DNA from: Candidatus Gottesmanbacteria bacterium
GTDB taxonomy: Bacteria > Patescibacteriota > Microgenomatia > JACOXO01
Length of the DNA: 64,000 nt
Direction: 5' to 3'
Assembly: GCA_016182365.1 (NCBI GenBank)
Contig: JACOXO010000014.1
Location: 2,294-66,293 of the forward strand
Shown: positions 61,310 through 64,000 of the stretch, piece after piece
Layout: each line of letters begins with the position of its first letter
Numbering within the stretch: the first letter of the stretch is position 1
Program-made: the position numbers and the translations under genes
Notes under the pieces: model-generated
What the model was told of the DNA's origin: nothing
The model's input: only the letters and a program-made list of their open reading frames with translations
Databases searched by the model: none

Positions 61310-62430
61310 AAAAAATTGGAATTGTTGGTGGTGGGCAGCTGGGAAAAATGATCACTCAGGAAGCTAAAAAAATGGGGATGAGTGTGTATGTTATTGACCC
61401 TACAGAAAAATCACCAGCTGGGCAAATAGCTGATTATCAGATTGTTGCAGATTACAAAGATGAAAAGGCAATTAAAAAGTTAGGGTCAATGGTTGACGTT
61501 TTGACATTTGAAATTGAGCTGGCAAATAGCAAAGTTCTGGAAGATTTGCAAAAAAAAGGAGTTTCAGTGCACCCCTCCCCAAAGACTCTGGATATTATTA
61601 AAGATAAGTTAAAGCAAAAACAATTTTTAAGAAAAGCCGGGATTCCTGTTGCTGATTTTGTACAAGTTGAAAGTGAGAAAGATATTTTAAATGTAGTTAA
61701 AAAGTTTAAATATCCAGTTCTTTTAAAAGCCAGGTTTGATGCTTACGACGGTAGAGGAAATGCAGTTATATATAATCAAAGGGATATTAAAAAGGGTTTA
61801 ACAAAGCTGAAAGGGAGAAAATTATATATTGAAAAGTTTGTTCCTTTTAAAAAGGAACTAGCTGTAATGGTTGTCAGAAGCACTAAAGGAGAAATTGCAG
61901 TCTATCCGGTTGTTGAGACGATTCATAGAGATAATATTTGTCATATCGTAAAAGTACCTGCTCCAGTTCCTAGCGAGGTATCTAAAAAAGCGCAAAGACT
62001 CGCACAAAAAACAATGAAATACTTAAGAGGAGCAGGAGTTTTTGGAATTGAAATGTTCTATAGCCAAAAAGGCGAAGTTTTTATAAATGAAATTGCTCCT
62101 CGTGTGCATAACTCCGGACATTATTCAATCGAAGCTTCAATTACTTCTCAATTTGAGCAGCACCTGCGGGCAATTACCGGTCTTCCGTTAGGATCGACCA
62201 AATTAAAAGTTCCAGCCTCAGTTATGATCAATATTTTAGGCAATAGACAGGGAGAGGCAAAAGTAAATGGACTTGAAAAGGCTTTAAAAATTGAAGGAGT
62301 ATCTGTACATATTTATGGAAAAAAAGAAACCCGCCCCGAGCGTAAAATGGGCCATATCACTGTCATTGATGAAACAATCGATAAAGCCTATAAAAAAGCA
62401 ATTGCCGCGAGAAGGTATATATCAATATGA
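61306..62430 (+). CDS. purK: N5-CAIR synthetase
   Basis: GGGQLG.M, YDGRGN, NEIAPRVHNSGH, RKMGH. Confidence 0.95.
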   Translation: MKKIGIVGGGQLGKMITQEAKKMGMSVYVIDPTEKSPAGQIADYQIVADYKDEKAIKKLGSMVDVLTFEIELANSKVLEDLQKKGVSVHPSPKTLDIIKDKLKQKQFLRKAGIPVADFVQVESEKDILNVVKKFKYPVLLKARFDAYDGRGNAVIYNQRDIKKGLTKLKGRKLYIEKFVPFKKELAVMVVRSTKGEIAVYPVVETIHRDNICHIVKVPAPVPSEVSKKAQRLAQKTMKYLRGAGVFGIEMFYSQKGEVFINEIAPRVHNSGHYSIEASITSQFEQHLRAITGLPLGSTKLKVPASVMINILGNRQGEAKVNGLEKALKIEGVSVHIYGKKETRPERKMGHITVIDETIDKAYKKAIAARRYISI

Positions 62431-63533
62431 AAAAAAATAAAATTACCTATAAATCTTCTGGTGTTAATTATTCAGTTATAGATCCTCTAAAAATAATCGC
62501 TCAAAAACAAGCTCAAGTGACAGCGAGAAAATTTCAAGAGCCATTTTTGACACCATATGAGAAAAGTAGGGGTGAATCAGCTTACTTGATGGAATATAAA
62601 GACTGTTATATAGCTACAGTAATTGAATGTTTAGGAACTAAAAATCTGATTGCTGAAGAAATGAGAAAAATTACTGGTAAAACGTATTATGACAGTATTG
62701 CTCAAGATGCAGTTGCAATGATAGTTAACGATCTCATAACAACCGGTGCACAACCATTTGTTGTTAATGCCTATTGGTCAGTTGGAAATTCAGATTGGTT
62801 TTCAGATTCAGATAGAATGAAAGACTTAACAAAGGGTTGGGCTGATGCCTGTATGAAATCTGGAGCGGTTTGGGGTGGAGGTGAGACACCAACGCTTTCA
62901 GGTATTAATATGGAAAATACTATTAATTTAGCAGGTAGTGGAGTAGGTATAATTAAACCCAAACAAAAATTGGTTGATGCAGACAATCTTCAAGAGAATG
63001 ATGCAATAATACTTTTAGAAAGCAGCGGTGTTCACGCTAATGGTATAAGTTTGACAAGAAAATTAGCTAAAAAACTTAAAAAAGGTTATAAAACTAAATT
63101 ACCCAGTAATAGAATGTACGGAGAAGCTCTATTAACTCCAACAACTTTATATGTGGAGTGTATAAAAAAACTTTTAGAAATGGTAAAGATACATTATTTA
63201 GTTAATATTACTGGACATGGATTTAAAAAATTAATGAGGGCTAAACCCAAATTTAGTTATATAATTACTTCTCTATCTAAAACTCCAGAAGTCTTTACTT
63301 TTATTCAAAATAATTCCGGTCTTTTAGACAAAGAAATGTATGAAACTTTTAATATGGGAGCTGGATTTGCTGTATATGTTTCTAAAAATGACGTAAAAAA
63401 AGTTATTACTATTGCCAAGTCGTGTAAAATACGAGCATGGGAGGCTGGATTTATAAAATCAGGTAAAAAACAGGTCGAAATAAAACCTAGAAATATTATT
63501 TTTGAGAGTGATTCATTAAAAGTCAGATTATGA
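62427..63533 (+). CDS. purM: AIR synthase
   Basis: [35 protein letters not shown]. Confidence 0.92.
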   Translation: MKKNKITYKSSGVNYSVIDPLKIIAQKQAQVTARKFQEPFLTPYEKSRGESAYLMEYKDCYIATVIECLGTKNLIAEEMRKITGKTYYDSIAQDAVAMIVNDLITTGAQPFVVNAYWSVGNSDWFSDSDRMKDLTKGWADACMKSGAVWGGGETPTLSGINMENTINLAGSGVGIIKPKQKLVDADNLQENDAIILLESSGVHANGISLTRKLAKKLKKGYKTKLPSNRMYGEALLTPTTLYVECIKKLLEMVKIHYLVNITGHGFKKLMRAKPKFSYIITSLSKTPEVFTFIQNNSGLLDKEMYETFNMGAGFAVYVSKNDVKKVITIAKSCKIRAWEAGFIKSGKKQVEIKPRNIIFESDSLKVRL

Positions 63534-64000
63534 AAAATAAAAATCCACAAGTTGGGATAATTATGGGATCAGATTCTGATCTTCCTGTAATGCAGGATGC
63601 GGCAAAAGTGCTGGATGAGTTTAATGTTTCTTACGAACTGACAATTGTTTCGGCGCATAGAACACCGCAGCGGATGTTTGAGTACGCAAAAACTGCTCAT
63701 GGCAGGGGAATAAAAGTGATAATTGCTGGTGCAGGTGGAGCTGCTCATTTGCCGGGAATGACTGCTTCACTTACTCCACTTCCTGTTATTGGAGTTCCTA
63801 TAAAAACTTCAATACTATTAGGAGTTGATTCTCTTTATTCAATTGTACAAATGCCAAAAGGAGTGCCTGTTGCCACAGTTGCAATTAATAATGCAACCAA
63901 TGCAGCCCTTCTTGCTGTTAAAATTCTAGCCACATCAGATACAAAAATACTTGAGAATGTTAAAAAGTATCATAGAAAGACGCAGATAGAAGTTGAAAAA
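63530..64000 (+). CDS. purE: N5-CAIR mutase (3'-truncated by window edge)
   Basis: Hand translation [18 protein letters not shown]...SAHRTP...[11 protein letters not shown]...[12 protein letters not shown]; not in the ORF track. Confidence 0.95.
   Translation, partial: MKNKNPQVGIIMGSDSDLPVMQDAAKVLDEFNVSYELTIVSAHRTPQRMFEYAKTAHGRGIKVIIAGAGGAAHLPGMTASLTPLPVIGVPIKTSILLGVDSLYSIVQMPKGVPVATVAINNATNAALLAVKILATSDTKILENVKKYHRKTQIEVEK

Overview
A low-GC bacterial chromosome segment that looks like Patescibacteria/CPR, probably Microgenomates. The taxonomy is inferred from gene style and compaction; TGA is used as a stop codon. In order it carries ftsA-ftsZ-ileS-rodA-rplU-rpmA-parB, lepB, a glycosyltransferase/polysaccharide cluster, LysM, PolX-PHP, lemA-htpX, clpB with a CIRCE operator, murT-gatD, gatCAB, dnaE, a full F1Fo ATP synthase operon, pyrG, and a de novo purine operon (purF, a purN-purD fusion, purL, purQ, purB, purK, purM, purE). 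The most unusual signal is not in the ORF track. At three loci (Val-CAC about 8.47-8.70 kb, Thr-CGT about 24.25-24.44 kb, Gly-CCC about 25.6-26.04 kb) an old tRNA gene is broken by GC-rich hairpin insertions and a complete, sequence-divergent tRNA with the same anticodon is supplied. At Val and Thr the new tRNA is nested inside the old one, within a cassette bounded by CCTGCCCGCC...GCTTTGGCARGCGGG. At Gly it follows a small GIY-YIG nuclease gene. Both GIY-YIG genes in the window (one frameshifted) use the TAG at tRNA positions 8-10 as their stop codon. The same hairpin families occur between genes and in frame inside atpZ/I and pyrG. This suggests a GIY-YIG/REP-like hairpin system that attacks and replaces tRNA genes. 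The architecture is seen directly; the mechanism is inference.
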